Origin: an uncultured bacterium
Lineage (GTDB): Bacteria; Chloroflexota; Anaerolineae; Anaerolineales; E44-bin32
Length of the DNA stretch: 36,848 nucleotides
Assembly (NCBI GenBank): GCA_965364895.1
Contig: CBDTZL010000002.1
Location: forward strand, 1-36,848
Reading direction: 5' to 3'
Below the pieces are notes generated by a model that saw only the letters and a program-made list of their open reading frames with translations, did not search any database and was not told the origin of the DNA. This document shows positions 36,172 to 36,848 of the stretch, piece by piece; position 1 is the stretch's first letter; every line of letters begins with the position of its first letter. A program made the position numbers and the translations under genes.

Positions 36172-36848
36172 GGAACCAAAAGGACATTCTGGTCGTCGAA
36201 GACGAGGACAACATTCGCGAGGTGATCGGCCGCTATCTCGAACGCGAAGGCTTCAATGTGCGTGAAGCGGCCGATGGCTATGCGGCGTTGGATGCGATAT
36301 CTGAGCAGGAGCCCGATTTGATCGTGATGGATCTCATGCTGCCTGGAATCGATGGGCTGACGCTGACACGGCAAGTACAGCAGCAATCCGGCACCCCGAT
36401 CATCATCTTGACCGCACGCGGAGACACCACTGACCGAATTCGTGGGCTCGACTGGGGAGCGGACGACTACCTCCCCAAGCCGTTCAGCCCCCGCGAGCTG
36501 GTGTCCCGCATTCACGCTGTACTGCGCAGGGTGGGCGAGGCAACGATCTCAGAGATCGCCTTCGGGGAGGTCACCATGGCGCACAGCTCGAGGCAGGTGG
36601 AGGTAAGCGGCCAATCGGTGTCGCTGACTGCACGCGAGTTCGATCTGCTGTGGTTCATGGCCGGCCATCCTAATCAGGTGTTTAGCCGAGAGAGCCTGCT
36701 GGACAATGTCTGGGGCCCGGATTTCAGCGGGGACCCATCAACGGTGACGGTGCACATGCGCCATCTACGAGAAAAGGTTGAACAGGACCCCTCTGAACCA
36801 CGCCATCTTGTGACTGTGTGGGGCGTTGGGTATCGCTTTGATAAATAG
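36168..36848 (+). CDS. OmpR-family two-component response regulator
   Basis: Receiver domain (ILVVEDEDNI, DLIVMDLMLPGIDG, KPF) and a winged-helix output domain (LTAREFDLLWFM...VWGVGYRF). The ATG follows AGGAG and overlaps the DM13 stop (ATGA). The TAG stop is at the window end. Confidence 0.9.
   Translation: MRNQKDILVVEDEDNIREVIGRYLEREGFNVREAADGYAALDAISEQEPDLIVMDLMLPGIDGLTLTRQVQQQSGTPIIILTARGDTTDRIRGLDWGADDYLPKPFSPRELVSRIHAVLRRVGEATISEIAFGEVTMAHSSRQVEVSGQSVSLTAREFDLLWFMAGHPNQVFSRESLLDNVWGPDFSGDPSTVTVHMRHLREKVEQDPSEPRHLVTVWGVGYRFDK

Noticed and set aside
1-36848. Mobile elements, CRISPR arrays, prophage or defence islands, and rRNA/tRNA genes
   Set aside because: I saw no direct-repeat arrays, no transposase/integrase/recombinase-like ORFs, no terminal inverted repeats and no tRNA-like cloverleaf candidates in the intergenic regions. 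Gene content and composition look uniformly chromosomal.

Overview
GC-rich bacterial chromosomal segment, densely coded and almost entirely core metabolism. I found no rRNA, tRNA, CRISPR array, transposase or integrase. Heavy use of T-box and S-box leaders, frequent 4-nt gene overlaps and apparently leaderless starts suggest a Terrabacteria lineage, possibly Chloroflexota-like. That is inference only and needs a database search.

Gene order, + strand unless noted:
- thrS behind a Thr T-box leader
- an L,D-transpeptidase
- a small Cys4 hypothetical
- a MarR / FMN-reductase / NmrA module with a shared palindromic operator
- a complete trpEGDCFBA operon behind a strong promoter and a Trp (UGG) T-box leader
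- a SAM-I riboswitch controlling a Cys/Met PLP enzyme
- a fused HdrE/HdrD-like membrane Fe-S protein directly ahead of a four-gene 2-oxoacid dehydrogenase complex (E1a, E1b, E2, E3)
- a citrate-synthase-family gene
- a coupled trio: chymotrypsin-fold protease, a free-standing paralog of that protease's N-terminal domain, and a MenA/UbiA prenyltransferase with an unrecognised N-terminal soluble domain
- a minus-strand block: ureohydrolase, methyltransferase, DUF218, 2H phosphoesterase
- a methyltransferase
- a membrane-anchored Moco oxidoreductase (minus strand)
- a C39-like peptidase with TPR repeats
- ferritin
- a DUF3179 lipoprotein / DM13 protein / OmpR response-regulator operon that runs to the window end

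The least explained parts, and the best candidates for something undescribed:
- the protease / pro-domain-paralog / sensor-fused prenyltransferase cluster (23403-26171)
- the HdrED-like protein coupled to the lipoamide-dependent dehydrogenase genes (15232-22158)
- the extra terminator and the Trp-Trp mini-frame inside the trp T-box leader (6475-6663)
- the DUF3179-DM13-regulator operon (34066-36848)
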